From contig JAQGDQ010000001.1 in assembly GCA_030141605.1 (NCBI GenBank), positions 2,170,001 through 2,234,000 of the forward strand: 64,000 nucleotides of DNA, written 5' to 3'. Below are positions 62,661-64,000 of this stretch, one piece after another (position 1 is the first letter of the stretch; each line of letters starts with the position of its first letter). The notes beneath the pieces are model-generated. The model did not search any database. It saw nothing but the letters and a program-made list of their open reading frames with translations, and was not told the DNA's origin. The stretch is from Tubiluchus corallicola (lineage: Eukaryota; Animalia; Priapulida). The translations under genes were made by a program, and so were the position numbers.

Positions 62661-64000
62661 GCCTAGAAATGCATTAGTGCGAACAGGCACAAAGTGACGT
62701 TCCCGATCTTACTTAAGGTGCACGAAATTCTACTATTTGTGCCGATTTTTTACTATTCCATTTTTGAATTGGGTAATTACGTGTTTTCACAATATCTAAT
62801 GTTAAAAACTAGCTAGTCATGATTAGAAACTTTTACCACATACATTAACACAGCAGTTTTTAACAATGCTTGCACACTATGCAAAATCTATGAAAAGATT
62901 ACTTTAATTAACAGAACAAACTAATAAAACTAGAGTGTACAATAAACCATAAATTACTTATTGGAAAGAAGAAATTATTTATTGAAAATATGGGAATAGT
63001 AATTGGGCCCCTATAGTCAACACAAACTCAAATTTTCAACAAAAAGCTCCATTATTAATGAGCCAGAAATTAGAATGGGTCAGAAGTTAATGAGTTTTTA
63101 ATTAGCTTCAAATTATACGAAATTTCTGATTAAAATGTTATAACATATCATAAAGGATCAAATTTAAATTTCATATGCAATCCTTAATAAGCAGACGCAT
63201 TCTCCCAGTATTCCACGAAGCAAAATATTGTAACCAGATTTACAAGTCAAACACATACATTCACATAACTCTTGTTGCTTTATATAAAATTTTTGCGGTT
63301 CAAAAAAAACATGTGTATAAGAAGATAGGTAAGGAAATCCATTATGTACATGAATGCCAGAAGAAAAAACACAAAGCAATTTACTTATACACCTAATATC
63401 AGTTTTGTCTATTATGCACACACACTAAAATTACCCATATACCAAAACAAAGTCCTAATTAACAACCAAAATGATACCTTGCAATTTCCTTGCATAAACA
63501 AACCAAAAATTTTGACACAATAAAATTATGAGCTCTTTTTATACAGTTATACACTCGGCAAGCTAAGCTAGCTCAAATATAAGCCCCTGAAATAAGTCTT
63601 GAAGTCTTGAATAAGACACTGTCTTGAATAAGTCTTGAATAAGACATTGAACCATCAAGCCTAATCACAACAGACTAAAGTTGTTTCCTCAATGACAATT
63701 CCATATGTGTGGTTAATATAGGGAAAGCAGAATGCACTAATAGTAAAAGAAGTCACAACTCAGATAGCTCTTTAAGTCTGAATCACTTCGTTATTCTCCT
63801 TCAAGTATATAATTTCTTACTTTTTAAATTCTGTATCTACGAGTTCTCAACCCAAGAAATTGTGAGCTAAGCAGTTTGGACAGTTTTCTATGTGTTTTCT
63901 GATTGACAGCAGCAGCTGTAACTGTATCCCTAGAGCATCACAATTTATGGTTTACCTTATCTCTACATCATATTGTATGGGACTAAAAAATGAAGTTTTC

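Noticed and set aside
63590-63650. Short repeats GTCTTGAATAAG resembling a repeat-spacer array
   Set aside because: Simple slippage duplications with no unique spacers, in a eukaryotic intron; not CRISPR.

Overview
AT-rich, intron-containing animal genomic DNA. It is probably a protostome invertebrate: the RPL7 C-terminus [14 protein letters not shown] is protostome-like. I assembled five spliced protein-coding genes by hand from GT-AG sites with consistent phases: calaxin/EFCAB1 (+, 1061-4952, 202 aa), ribosomal protein L7/uL30 (-, 5404-8279, 246 aa, TCT-type promoter near 10250), APCDD1-like Wnt inhibitor (-, 13523-22945, 499 aa), a secreted CBM14-LDLa-chitin-deacetylase-like protein (+, 34119-40708, 525 aa) and the 3' part of a phospholipase C delta-type gene (-, 49058 to >60269). 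Introns and intergenic DNA carry hAT-type MITEs with visible TIRs/TSDs, Tc1/pogo relics, LINE 3' ends, local duplications and microsatellites. The most notable observations are four. (1) The deacetylase has substituted metal/catalytic residues and looks like a chitin-binding pseudoenzyme. (2) The PLC gene has two duplicated, alternative last coding exons that swap the final C2-domain strands. (3) The PLC X-Y linker intron holds a frame-preserving chain of candidate microexons. (4) The RPL7 leader has an out-of-frame upstream ATG. No database searches were run; family calls rest on recognised motifs. I found no convincing evidence of a wholly new multi-gene system.
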